From a virus (lineage: Duplodnaviria; Caudoviricetes), in IMG/VR virus record IMGVR_UViG_3300047409_000205, positions 1 through 44,357 of that record: a DNA stretch of 44,357 nucleotides, one strand, 5' to 3'. Below the pieces are notes generated by a model. It was not told where the DNA came from and did no database searches. It worked only from the letters and a program-made list of their open reading frames with translations. Both the position numbers and the translations under genes were made by a program. Every line of letters begins with the position of its first letter. The first letter of the stretch is position 1. Below are positions 16,401-23,527 of the stretch, in pieces.

Positions 16401-17621
16401 TCCGCCTGCCAGGAATCCAGCCGCTTCCACGCCCAGCGGCAGCACCGCGTCCCACCATTCCTGCGAGCCAACGTCATGTTTGCGCGCCTGCTCAAAAAGG
16501 TTGTATTCCGGTATGGTTGTGCGCGCCACTTCTTCCGCTGATTTGCCCTCCGCCGCAGCGGTCAGGCCTTTAATCTGTGCCAGCGCATACGAGCCCATTC
16601 CGGGGATCATTCGGGAAGCGATCTCTTCCGCTGTCGGCACGCGCAGCTCCGATTTTACCATGTTGGCAACGGCGCCGGCAGCCCTGTTCACTTGCTGACC
16701 CACCGGTGTTTTCACAAATTCTTCTACCAGCGCACGTTCATCGGCTCCCGGTCCCGTGACTGGTTGCTGCGGCAATACACCGGTTTCGGTAGGCGCGACC
16801 TGCCCGGGCGGCATATAGCTGGCGACACCCTCCGGCACTACTGCGGCAGCGTGCGCGAACGGTCCCTCCGGTGCAGCGATGGAAGCCGGCGCCACGCCTG
16901 TTGGCGCACCAGCATCCGGCAGCCCGCTCCAATCGATCGTCGGCGCCGGTGGCGCGTTCAACGTATCCGGGCCACCGGGTAACGGCGGCCGCGGCCCGTT
17001 CACCGGGTAGGCTCGAGCCACTTCGTGTTCTACTTCCTGAACCGGCACGGCTTTCTCTACGCGCGTGTAAGTATCCACCTGCTGCACCGGGGCGCCGCTT
17101 AGCGCTTGCTCATAGTTCTGCGCATACTGGTAACGTTTGCCCGCTATCCCGTAGCCCCAGTCCTTTGTCCCGCGAAATATCTTCAACGCCTCGGGCGCGC
17201 TCTCGGCGTTCTGCATGGCGTCCCACCGATCCGGGTGCTGCCGTTTAAACCGGTCCAGAATAAACGGCGCCTGATTGTAAGTGTATTCGGGATCTCCGGG
17301 GCTTATCCCTTTGCGCGCCTGGTCCTCGTTAAACTGCCGAAACATCGGCCCGCCCACCTGCATTAACCCAAAGGAAGTGCCGCGATCGCCGCTCATCGTG
17401 GGATGAAAATTGCTCTCCTGTTGTATGTCGCCCAGGAGCGCGGCCTGCACCTTCGGCGGCGCACCGTAATCCTGTAAGCTTTGTGTTACCAGATCCGCAT
17501 GGCTACCACCGCGCGGCCCGGTTTGCGCATCCGGCAGCCCGGAGAAATCAACGCCGGATCCACCGGCGCCAGCCTGGGTGTCGGGTAAACCGCTCCAATC
17601 GATCTCTGTGTTACTGGCCAC
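10500..17621 (-). CDS. Giant polyvalent DNA-ejection/internal virion protein: tail-lysozyme domain, ART-like domain, RadC/JAB domain plus degenerate copy, large helical C-terminus
   Basis: AALLGDIQQESNF..GDRGTSFGLMQ (~17.1-17.5 kb); WYHGT..GIYFTSNPDLARAY..LKNPL..GHDGLIVRNV..EQIK (~14.23-14.65 kb); GTLDQALLNPRDVF..HNHPSGKPDPSDPD..LADHII (~13.5-13.9 kb); last gene of the virion operon. Confidence 0.88.
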   Translation of the reverse strand: MASNTEIDWSGLPDTQAGAGGSGVDFSGLPDAQTGPRGGSHADLVTQSLQDYGAPPKVQAALLGDIQQESNFHPTMSGDRGTSFGLMQVGGPMFRQFNEDQARKGISPGDPEYTYNQAPFILDRFKRQHPDRWDAMQNAESAPEALKIFRGTKDWGYGIAGKRYQYAQNYEQALSGAPVQQVDTYTRVEKAVPVQEVEHEVARAYPVNGPRPPLPGGPDTLNAPPAPTIDWSGLPDAGAPTGVAPASIAAPEGPFAHAAAVVPEGVASYMPPGQVAPTETGVLPQQPVTGPGADERALVEEFVKTPVGQQVNRAAGAVANMVKSELRVPTAEEIASRMIPGMGSYALAQIKGLTAAAEGKSAEEVARTTIPEYNLFEQARKHDVGSQEWWDAVLPLGVEAAGFLAGGLGMRGGGPKAGLVAAEGGAAAGEAGAAAGEAGTAAAAGEAGVAGVRPKFNSIKEELSWLAKNDPAEFQRRFAEEVAKRQQGEYKVRTDTEPVSGAAPKPATAQPTAAAPEPAATQPTQPTAAAPETPAAPVATGPVAVPEAITEELAARGHSPAAIAALTPGQAANLVLQPAPDETVAGTAATTGQPTVAAGVSPAAAPESTAFPPPAPGEQAGSAWHGVPFLSADPLKAALASMGHEPAAIDAMTRSQLTAAMPAIEAARQQPPATTAPATDMPAIDFSGLPDQEGPPAYQPGDTIEYQSPSGQWLTAKIFKGQNKLTGQPQEPVVTVGGSQFADGKPRTFVKTTLPAPNDLIPIDSVRPKTPKAKPLTKAQKIAQDEARKEMEAAGEEAIRAQGGMELIEAVTHEGALPVKGHPDAHHYRGELKMLRETIRGSKGVRYRDIFSSKSGGVDPLVLRLRARGFNFETPDDLLNALDHRIRTGTKHWALPEAGEAMHGPAAVGEGAAPYAPRPLSLKDTRKVKPTVWKSWPVEHAATTTNPAMRREPGGSLWAWRSADSRNVYVYKVPETAAVGEGTGGYADPAKQWYHGTPAGKFEQFKQSEGGIYFTSNPDLARAYTQHRGLWLSKSETPAVHTATLDLKNPLVIDAMGTRHDNLPVPWQQWKPKVFGNLPKNAVSIRDAVKYAKDHGHDGLIVRNVIDTLDPGSRVKSDVSVAFSLEQIKPAGVRPVEEPTPAPYGEGNPVPAANTVKLAEDIQTFLDFNKVPPARKAQATEEIKNTLALAGDPALQAFYEGGFYGVPGKLKAEALRANKNRLSIVIHDLISHQIPAWNIEGSIIATPADFAMAVGPIRSPDFESFKVVARDPVTKRVLGAEITSVGTLDQALLNPRDVFRLFARIKEKHPNAEIIVSHNHPSGKPDPSDPDKNVQRRLHEAAAAVGVKLADHIITNGKHYFSFEQEEVTGDGYGTLPNPVLQPWEVVRQEESPAIRSPEDLANFTVTLRADDPNAVHIFYTGTQMNLKALERVSQGTNLAALKAAVSNGIARESAYGVLLDFARVPPANVITSLVNMVHDVIGAKFVDASWPGMDSVRAAGTHGVRRLTQDETGYITEAYGGTSPLQRTATGQLSGNVSEAGAGGVSGASQVPQLQPLSEMESAKLQILRAQKASLTRAGKRDLARLEARLITQGDLLAGKNDVFNLNGEEVVDYAARQAEADAAEAVRVAAQQAAEKAQMTLFEKPSMPYVTGTARVNESNGGGSPPYGPAGASMFSGNTPPRSNPMPIWAKRSANKMLAWWQDMLPRSYEIVRKVPESPVISEHQKLMERELAYVQNFTKQPWWQALRRRTEEEIVDLEHAAVTTYRRLLAQGAPRDAAWAQAVSQAPPDLQALFQYREGRVPTERWAAGVLGVDEPAYTGDPYIARLTNEEGKAVVDLHPQIANWGRHIRQSIGSFDKSRVHATMKEGIQAGTQYEPPTLAAFVRELYSGRLENTARMLKRLKDEGVLFDEKADAIAAARTLKKSAGPVTLVRGFGGKDYWARSRVEAQFLAQNLNTTSSAGAVGKLVRVANAFTRNPNLLYNPLPHATKNMAFKYALARVGNYTLRKSAREFGTNAQMQARFEAVMPMPSTGMRLPQLRALEAGTYLERMLSKAGKILSGNHFSARFNFAKADPALRYALWKTYVKKGMSDQAAANHVWVDLIRYDENSGALNFWRGIPLNFFATWRLGTYVSLAKQLRSHPLRSLLFIGAVEYMREILYRKYGWWTHLPVDYVDAPLASAIQDPRTIPGVAATTLLFGPGGGQAPSTIQDLMKTLHGDPGQMERVVNMFWGLSQIWNMPQQFAAYLKDKNPEHLALILSSAAFSTHSALKYNPHRLMQWLPEWMPGLEKSAIVRRAEGMQAKIQATQEKARTTYEARHGISQSLEYETPEGQMRALERAAGVHPPKPGPPRRTKVLPTQRSSGKPRGF
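15814..15872. repeat. Inverted doublet of GTAG-type REP-like palindromes inside the giant gene
   Basis: GCAGGCG-ACA-CGCCTGC-CGCTACAG (15814-15838) facing CTGTGGTG-GCAGCCG-TGC-CGGCTAC (15848-15872). Confidence 0.7.
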
Positions 17622-18486
17622 CGCTTAGTTGCTGGAGCACGTATTGAATGTTGCCCGGGGTTAGCGGCTTCCCGTTTTGTTGCAGGATGGAAATGGCACG
17701 CGCCTGGTTTGGATCCTGTCCCGCGGCCGCGGGACCACCAGCCGCACCAGCACCCGCCGCGCCGCCAACACCGCCCGTCTGGCCAGGCACAAACCCGCTC
17801 ATGTTAAGCTGGCGCTTGTAAATCTCGTGCTCCACTTTCGGCATGGTTACACCGGTGGGCCCGCCTATGCGGATCTGGTCGCCGGCCGGATCGTTCTTAA
17901 ACGTCTTGGCGCCGGTGGTCGGATCGGTCGCCACCGTGCCAGCTTCGTGCTGGCTTGAATCGAATATCTGCTCGGGCACCAGCCCGTAAGCTTGCTTTAT
18001 GTAACCTGCCGGCGATCGCCGCTTGGCCGCATCGGCCTGGGCCGGGGTAGCCCAGCCACCCAGTTCATCGCTCCATATCCTCCCCTTTGGCGCTCCGCTG
18101 CCGCCGCCCGCGGCATCGGCTTGCGCCTTCTGCGCTTCCGCCTGGTAATAATTCGTGTGCGCAAGGCTCTCCCTGTTCGCGTAGCCGAGCTTCTGCAAGG
18201 CATCTGTGAGGTGCATTCCGGCCTGCATACCGCCGGCAACGAAAGCGCGTTGCCGCATACTGTGGTTCTGGTAATCCTCTAAAGCTTGCTTGTCGATGAT
18301 CGGCTTGCCCGAGATGGGATCGTTCTGTTGGCTCAGGTATTTCATCAGCGCATCGGACTGCGTGGTTTGATCCGCGATCTGCGCATATTGATTGATCGCG
18401 CCGGTGATTCCCTGCGCTGCGTTGGTGATTCCTTGGAATAAATAATCGCCTCCTTTGTAACTGCTCGGGCTAACTGTGAATGGCAT
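17611..18486 (-). CDS. Internal virion / ejection protein
   Basis: Ala/Gly/Gln-rich, 291 aa, immediately upstream of and overlapping the giant ejection gene. Confidence 0.7.
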   Translation of the reverse strand: MPFTVSPSSYKGGDYLFQGITNAAQGITGAINQYAQIADQTTQSDALMKYLSQQNDPISGKPIIDKQALEDYQNHSMRQRAFVAGGMQAGMHLTDALQKLGYANRESLAHTNYYQAEAQKAQADAAGGGSGAPKGRIWSDELGGWATPAQADAAKRRSPAGYIKQAYGLVPEQIFDSSQHEAGTVATDPTTGAKTFKNDPAGDQIRIGGPTGVTMPKVEHEIYKRQLNMSGFVPGQTGGVGGAAGAGAAGGPAAAGQDPNQARAISILQQNGKPLTPGNIQYVLQQLSGGQ

Positions 18487-19354
18487 TTTCTGGTTCCTCC
18501 TCTTTCTCTGTAGTGGCAGGCGTGTCGCCTGCTTCGATGTAATCAGGTAAAATCTCCATGCGCATAACGGTGGGCCCCATGTTGCGCACCAGGCAGTTGC
18601 CCTTTGGGCAATGCACGGTCTTGGAATCCACGCGCGGATCTATGCAGGCCGTGCAAGCGTGCACGTAATCGGGGTTCAACCATTTGTCCCATACCTCGGC
18701 GCGCTTAAAGTAGCGGCGCGCATCGTATGGGATCGCGTTCTGCGCGGTGTAATCCCACACATCATCATCAGTCCAATGCCGCAACGGAAATACCGCATCG
18801 ATGCCGGCGGTGTGGACACGATCTGCCTTAAGCGGCACCGGCCCTTCGTATGGATCCACGTCGCTGTTTTTGTGGCCGATAAACACCGTGCTCCACGGCC
18901 ATTGTGCGCCCAGGGTTTTCGGGCGGGTAAGCCATTGCAAGCCACACACAAACGGCCGGCGCTCGATCGGCGGCTCGGTATTCATCGGCACATCGATCGC
19001 GCCATTGCCTACCTGGTAGCGCGTGACGAGCTCGAGCCTAGCCGCGTGAGACTCGTCTTTTACGCGGCATTTCACGCCGCACGCCAGCGGCGGAAACTCG
19101 TAAACCTCCAGCGCCATCGATCGGATCACGCCCTCGGCAAACTCGTGCTTGGCCGGGAAGTAAGGGTGCCTGTGATAGATCACCGGGAGCGGATAGGAAT
19201 GACAATTCAAGTCCCGCCGCGGCAACACCTGCCGGATCAAATCCAGGAGCACCATGCTATCTTTTCCAAAGCTGCAAAGGAGCACAGCCTGGCCGGCGCC
19301 CCACTCATAGATGAGGTGCTTCGCGTGCGCGATTTTGTCCTCGAGCGTTGTCAT
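18470..19354 (-). CDS. PAPS reductase-family (PP-loop adenine nucleotide alpha hydrolase) protein
   Basis: LLCSFGKDSMVLLDL PP-motif, IGHKNSD, VFPLRHWTDDDVWDY, C-terminal CTAC...CPK cysteines. Confidence 0.85.
   Translation of the reverse strand: MTTLEDKIAHAKHLIYEWGAGQAVLLCSFGKDSMVLLDLIRQVLPRRDLNCHSYPLPVIYHRHPYFPAKHEFAEGVIRSMALEVYEFPPLACGVKCRVKDESHAARLELVTRYQVGNGAIDVPMNTEPPIERRPFVCGLQWLTRPKTLGAQWPWSTVFIGHKNSDVDPYEGPVPLKADRVHTAGIDAVFPLRHWTDDDVWDYTAQNAIPYDARRYFKRAEVWDKWLNPDYVHACTACIDPRVDSKTVHCPKGNCLVRNMGPTVMRMEILPDYIEAGDTPATTEKEEEPENAIHS
18508..18532. repeat. Single GTAG-type REP-like palindrome in 3' end of the PAPS-reductase-like gene
   Basis: CTGTAGTGGCAGGCGTGTCGCCTGC; its reverse complement matches 15814-15838 at 24/25 positions. 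Confidence 0.75.
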
Positions 19355-20460
19355 AAGGCCGCCAATAGTCCGCCACCGATAGCGCCGGCTGCGCCTATAC
19401 CTGCGCCGGTTAAGCCGCCGCTCTTGTTACTCGCCGCGATGTTTTGGGTAGCCGCGGCGTTCTGGTTTGCGTCAAAGAGGTTCTGCCCAAAGTTAAGCAG
19501 CGATTGCGTCCCTGGCTGGGTAGTGCCAAGCCCCGCCTGCATGGCCGCGTAACTCGAGCCGGGTGCGCCGTATGCCGCGAGGTTCGGCGCTTGCGCGTAA
19601 CCGGCATAATTCGGCGGTGTCACCGCGCCGCCCAGCGATTGCAAGGCGCTTTGATCCATCGCTTGCGTGCTTAGCCCGAATTGTTGCGCCTGATTAAGAG
19701 CGCCTTGCCGTGCGCCCTGCGTGCCCAGCCCGAATTGTTGCGCCTGGCCCAGTTGCGATTGGGCCAGGCCCAGCGCGCCCTGGCGTTGTCCTTCCACGTT
19801 GCCCGCAAACTGTTGCGCTTCCTGCATACGCTTGCGCACCAGCGCGTCCCGGTCCAGGAACGATTGCGCCTCGGCCTGGTTAAACACGTTGTTGCGCCCG
19901 GCAAATCCGCCGAGTGTCCCTTGCGTCTGCTGGTAAGCTTCCTGATTAGTAAGATGCCCGCCCTGTGCGAGCTGGGTTTGCGCCTGGCTGGTAAGGTTGC
20001 CTAGTAACGAATCCACGCCGCCGCCGGCCAGGTTGGTATAGGCATTCTTCAAGCCGGCTTGCGATACATTGCTAAGGTTTTGGAGATACGGCGTTGAACC
20101 TCCACGCGCAAGCCCGCCCGCCGCCTGCTGGTTCATGGAATTAAGAAGCGGCGAGCCGGCAATCGCCTGCTGCATGTTGGCGAGATTCAAGCCCAGATAT
20201 TGCGGCGAGAGCTCGTTGGCAATGTTAAACCCCTGCTGCGCGTATTGCGGCCCGAATTGTTTAGTAAGATCCAGCCCGAGCTGCGCGTATTGCGGCGCAT
20301 TTAACTTGCTCTGGTTTATGTCCTGCTGGGCAAACTTCGGCCCGTATTCGCTTGAGAGATCAAATTGGCTTTTGGTAAACTGCGGCAAATAATGCAGAAT
20401 GTCGCCCAGCTCGTTGCCCAGGCTTTGTTGTGGAATGCTTGGTGCTCCTCCTCCGCCCAT
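19351..20460 (-). CDS. Internal virion / DNA-transfer (pilot-like) protein
   Basis: MGGGGAP start, Gln/Gly/Ala-rich with AQQFG repeats, hydrophobic Gly-rich C-terminus GAAGAIGGGLLAAL; AAGGA SD. Confidence 0.75.
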   Translation of the reverse strand: MGGGGAPSIPQQSLGNELGDILHYLPQFTKSQFDLSSEYGPKFAQQDINQSKLNAPQYAQLGLDLTKQFGPQYAQQGFNIANELSPQYLGLNLANMQQAIAGSPLLNSMNQQAAGGLARGGSTPYLQNLSNVSQAGLKNAYTNLAGGGVDSLLGNLTSQAQTQLAQGGHLTNQEAYQQTQGTLGGFAGRNNVFNQAEAQSFLDRDALVRKRMQEAQQFAGNVEGQRQGALGLAQSQLGQAQQFGLGTQGARQGALNQAQQFGLSTQAMDQSALQSLGGAVTPPNYAGYAQAPNLAAYGAPGSSYAAMQAGLGTTQPGTQSLLNFGQNLFDANQNAAATQNIAASNKSGGLTGAGIGAAGAIGGGLLAAL

Positions 20461-20478
20461 AATGTTATCCTTTCTTTC

Positions 20479-20793
20479 TTAGCCGCTGTATCCCAGCATC
20501 TGTAAAATTTGTGCTAACTTCTGCTGATCGATCCCCCCGGCGCCGACCTGCTGCGCAAATAACGGGCCTGTCGCGCCGGTGCCCGGGCCCGTCTGTTGTT
20601 GTGGCTGGCCATAGGTTCCCGCTGCGGGCGCCTGTGCCACCTGGCCGGATAAACCGGAATTGGCTCCCGCCACGCTTGCGCCGGCCCTTTGGAAACCTTG
20701 CGACAAGCTGTTGCCGAGATCCTTGTATGTTTGTTGTTGCTGGTATTGCTGCCAGCTATCCTGTGCCGGGTTACTTTGTTCGCCGCCGCCCAT
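20479..20793 (-). CDS. Small internal virion-like protein
   Basis: MGGGEQ start, Gln/Gly-rich, AGGAG SD. Confidence 0.65.
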   Translation of the reverse strand: MGGGEQSNPAQDSWQQYQQQQTYKDLGNSLSQGFQRAGASVAGANSGLSGQVAQAPAAGTYGQPQQQTGPGTGATGPLFAQQVGAGGIDQQKLAQILQMLGYSG

Positions 20794-21160
20794 ATAATTT
20801 TTCTCCTTTTAATATCTCTAACATTCTGTCAAACGAATAACTGCGAATCCGCAGGTCGCCTTTCTTCCCTCTGCATAAACAAATTTCCGGTAACGGATAA
20901 GGCAGCGCGCTCATTAGCACGTCCAGCGGTCCTACCGACATGCGCACAAACCACGCCGGCTGTTTCGTGCGCGGTCCCTCTATCACCCGGGCCATGCCGA
21001 AACAGTCCGGCCTGGAGATCACGCACCCGTGCGCCAGGTAAAACGCCACGTCCTCTTCAAAGGAAGTATCCGGCATCCATTCCCGGTAACAGGCAGCCGC
21101 GTGCTGTATGGCTGTGGGCCCCAGGCTTACCGGCTTTAACATTTGCTCTCCGGTTATCAT
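20771..21160 (-). CDS. Putative T7 gp13-like / GNAT-like virion assembly protein
   Basis: 129 aa; sits between nozzle and ejection genes where podoviruses carry such a gene; SFEEDVAFYLAHGCVISRPDCFGMAR...AWFV pattern. Fold is inferred from position only. Confidence 0.45.
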   Translation of the reverse strand: MITGEQMLKPVSLGPTAIQHAAACYREWMPDTSFEEDVAFYLAHGCVISRPDCFGMARVIEGPRTKQPAWFVRMSVGPLDVLMSALPYPLPEICLCRGKKGDLRIRSYSFDRMLEILKGEKLYGRRRTK

Positions 21161-21249
21161 AGCTTCCGGTCAATGCTCCGTAACGACAACACGATTGAGA
21201 CAAGCGCCACCAGGTAGAGGATGTGAATGATAAAGTTAGCCGTTGTCAT
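21157..21249 (-). CDS. 30-aa single-TM peptide MTTANFIIHILYLVALVSIVLSLRSIDRKL (not in ORF track)
   Basis: Exactly fills the gap with ATGA overlaps at both ends; hydrophobic stretch then basic tail. Confidence 0.65.
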   Translation of the reverse strand: MTTANFIIHILYLVALVSIVLSLRSIDRKL

Positions 21250-23009
21250 GCCGCCGTTTTCGTTTCCATGGTGCTCGCTGTCGCTTCCACGCCCGCGGCC
21301 AGCACATCGCACACCCCGCTCAGGTTCTCGATGCGCAGGCTTACCCAGCGCGCGTTTACCCGCACACTGAAAGGTTCTCTGCTTTCCTGGCGCGGACCGA
21401 TTGCGGCCTGCGCGCTGGGCGGTATCAGCCCCACCGGCCCCACCGGCACCAGCTCGTAATCTTCGCCCGCAAAATCATCCGTCTCATTAGCCAGGCTGTA
21501 ATCCTCGCGCTTGGGCTCCAGCGGGTCGCCGGCTATCGGATCAAAATCCGCGTGGCCGTGCGGATAAAATCTAAGGCGATCCTTGGTAAGCGGCTCCGTG
21601 GTAAGCGCCTTTACCTCGTTTACTCCGTCACTGATCGCGCTTATTTCGATGAGGGGATTACTGGTGCGCAAATTCACCACCGCGCGCGAGTAACGTTTAA
21701 AAGCCCTGTTATCACCGCACGTGTAGCCCCGGGTTTCAATTACATCGGAAATGGGCAGCCGTTGATCGTTTGTTTCATCGAACCCTTCCTGCTGGTAAAG
21801 CGCGTAGATTTTCTGGTTAAAATAATCCAGGCCAAATAGCGCGCGGCCGTCCTGATACTTTGTCACGTGCAGCGCGTGGATGACAAAGCCAGGATCGCTC
21901 CACCTGTCCGGCACGCTTTCCCATTCGCCGTTTATCAGGTTCAACACCAGGATGGCGTTGTTACCCAGCACGGCCTGGTCCAGTGGCACGGCAAAATAAC
22001 CGTATTCGCCCAGGGCCGCGGCGGTAGCCCAAATGGATGCCAGGCCCCACTGGATCCGGTCGATCACCGGTTGTATGCGCTCGCTTACCGGCAACGGCTC
22101 AGCCGCCACCTGGTCCTGGATCACTTCGTTCAGTTTATAGATGCCCCCCGGTTCACTTAGAAACGCCACGTCGCGCCCCCATTCCAGCACGCATTTGGTT
22201 GCGCATAGCCCGATCCGTTTCGATAGCTGCCGCTCAGTCATAAGCGTAGGATCGCTGGTAAAGTTCGCAGCCTGATGGATGCTCCGGCGTTTGAACACCA
22301 CCACGCTGCTTTGGAAGTATGGCCAGATCCGCACAATCCAATCGCTCTCGCCGGCGTTCACGTTAAAGGTAGCCAGCGCCGGATCGTAGCCGGCATACTG
22401 CAAAATGTCCGACATGATAAACTGGTAACTCCACGGCAGCGCGGGGAATTGCGCGTTGTAATAAAGCACCCGGCTTTGGAACGGTTCGCCGTGCCACGCG
22501 GCCGGGATAACCGAGAACGCACCGGGCGGCGCTACCACCGGGTCAAACGTGTGGCCCACTGTTCCGTCCCATTCCAGCGGCGTGCTTGCGCCACTCGGCC
22601 GGCGCAGGAGTAGCACCTTATCGAACGCCTGCACAAATTCCACGGCTGCAAATCCGGCCAGCGTTTGACCCGCGTGCAGGTTCACCTTAAAAGCATCTTT
22701 CCCGTATTGTAGCGCCCACACATAAGTGGCGCCCAGCTCTGCGACCAGCATCACTTCGTCCCCGTTCGGGTTAGAATAAATGCCCGAGCCGATGAACGTG
22801 TTAATGAACGGCGCCTGAAAATCCGGCACCTGCACATTGCCCAGGCGCGTCGTCGCGGCGCCGATGCGCAGCCGCTTATTCTCCGAGCGCGCCAGCGTCC
22901 CGGGTTGCAGTAACGCCCGGTCCCGTGTCATATCCACGCCCGTAAAAGCGTTGTCACCATCCTCCACCACGCGGGAATCCAGCCTGCCGTATGCGCTCCA
23001 GCGGCTCAT
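21246..23009 (-). CDS. Tail nozzle / tubular protein B (P22 gp10 / T7 gp12-like)
   Basis: 587 aa beta-rich; FTGVD..L.PG.L..SEN.R, VVVFKRRSIH, IGLCA, PVSERIQPVIDRI, YFAVP, IETRGY; position before ejection genes. Confidence 0.75.
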   Translation of the reverse strand: MSRWSAYGRLDSRVVEDGDNAFTGVDMTRDRALLQPGTLARSENKRLRIGAATTRLGNVQVPDFQAPFINTFIGSGIYSNPNGDEVMLVAELGATYVWALQYGKDAFKVNLHAGQTLAGFAAVEFVQAFDKVLLLRRPSGASTPLEWDGTVGHTFDPVVAPPGAFSVIPAAWHGEPFQSRVLYYNAQFPALPWSYQFIMSDILQYAGYDPALATFNVNAGESDWIVRIWPYFQSSVVVFKRRSIHQAANFTSDPTLMTERQLSKRIGLCATKCVLEWGRDVAFLSEPGGIYKLNEVIQDQVAAEPLPVSERIQPVIDRIQWGLASIWATAAALGEYGYFAVPLDQAVLGNNAILVLNLINGEWESVPDRWSDPGFVIHALHVTKYQDGRALFGLDYFNQKIYALYQQEGFDETNDQRLPISDVIETRGYTCGDNRAFKRYSRAVVNLRTSNPLIEISAISDGVNEVKALTTEPLTKDRLRFYPHGHADFDPIAGDPLEPKREDYSLANETDDFAGEDYELVPVGPVGLIPPSAQAAIGPRQESREPFSVRVNARWVSLRIENLSGVCDVLAAGVEATASTMETKTAA

Positions 23010-23332
23010 GTCGGCTCCGGTTCAAAGAGGTAAAACACCCAGGCGTAAACTTCGCCCGTGCCGGCGGCCACAATATCAATGCCGCCATCCATCCGCACCG
23101 GCTGCGGCGCCGTCCAATTACTCACGAGTATGCCGGTATCAGGCGCCGGCGGCGTAAGATTGAGCGCGGCCAGGAGCTTGTTCGGCGTAGTCGCTTTGTC
23201 CTGAATCGTAATCGACATCGTGCCGGCGGTGGCCACCGAGACAATGACCGCCACGAAATAACCGGTCGAATCGAGAACGTTCTTCGTTCCCGCGGCTGTG
23301 ATCTTAAATACTTTTTGCCCCTGGTATAACAT
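23006..23332 (-). CDS. Small beta-rich virion-like protein, paralogue of 35922-36350
   Basis: SITIQDKATTPNKLL...GGIDIVAAGTGEVYAWVFY aligns by eye with TITIRSKEGTPKILY...SGIEIVTAGTAGVADIWITY. Confidence 0.7.
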   Translation of the reverse strand: MLYQGQKVFKITAAGTKNVLDSTGYFVAVIVSVATAGTMSITIQDKATTPNKLLAALNLTPPAPDTGILVSNWTAPQPVRMDGGIDIVAAGTGEVYAWVFYLFEPEPT

Positions 23333-23335
23333 GCC

Positions 23336-23527
23336 CTATTCCCGCAGTCCCTTCCTGATTACGCGCAAGCGCTCTTCATCGGTAAAGAGCCACGGGGTTT
23401 TGGTATCCTTGTGTTGCGCTTCCCGGTTTAGGATCTCATTCTGCACCGCGCGCTGGAGCGCGCTCCCCTCGGCGCAATCATTCAGCATCTTCGCAAGCGC
23501 GAAACTGGATAAGGTTTGCAGGTTCAT
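23336..23527 (-). CDS. Hypothetical protein
   Basis: 63 aa, ATGA-coupled to the upstream gene. Confidence 0.6.
   Translation of the reverse strand: MNLQTLSSFALAKMLNDCAEGSALQRAVQNEILNREAQHKDTKTPWLFTDEERLRVIRKGLRE

Noticed and set aside
10500-17621. Tape measure protein or virion RNA polymerase
   Set aside because: No tail tube or sheath genes, no periodic TMP repeats, and no recognisable RNAP catalytic motifs; domain content fits a polyvalent ejection protein.
18470-19354. Dnd/Ssp phosphorothioation system or sulfur-assimilation auxiliary gene
   Set aside because: No cysteine desulfurase, DndD/DndE, SspB/C or other cys genes in the window; context is virion genes. Kept as a family-level call only.
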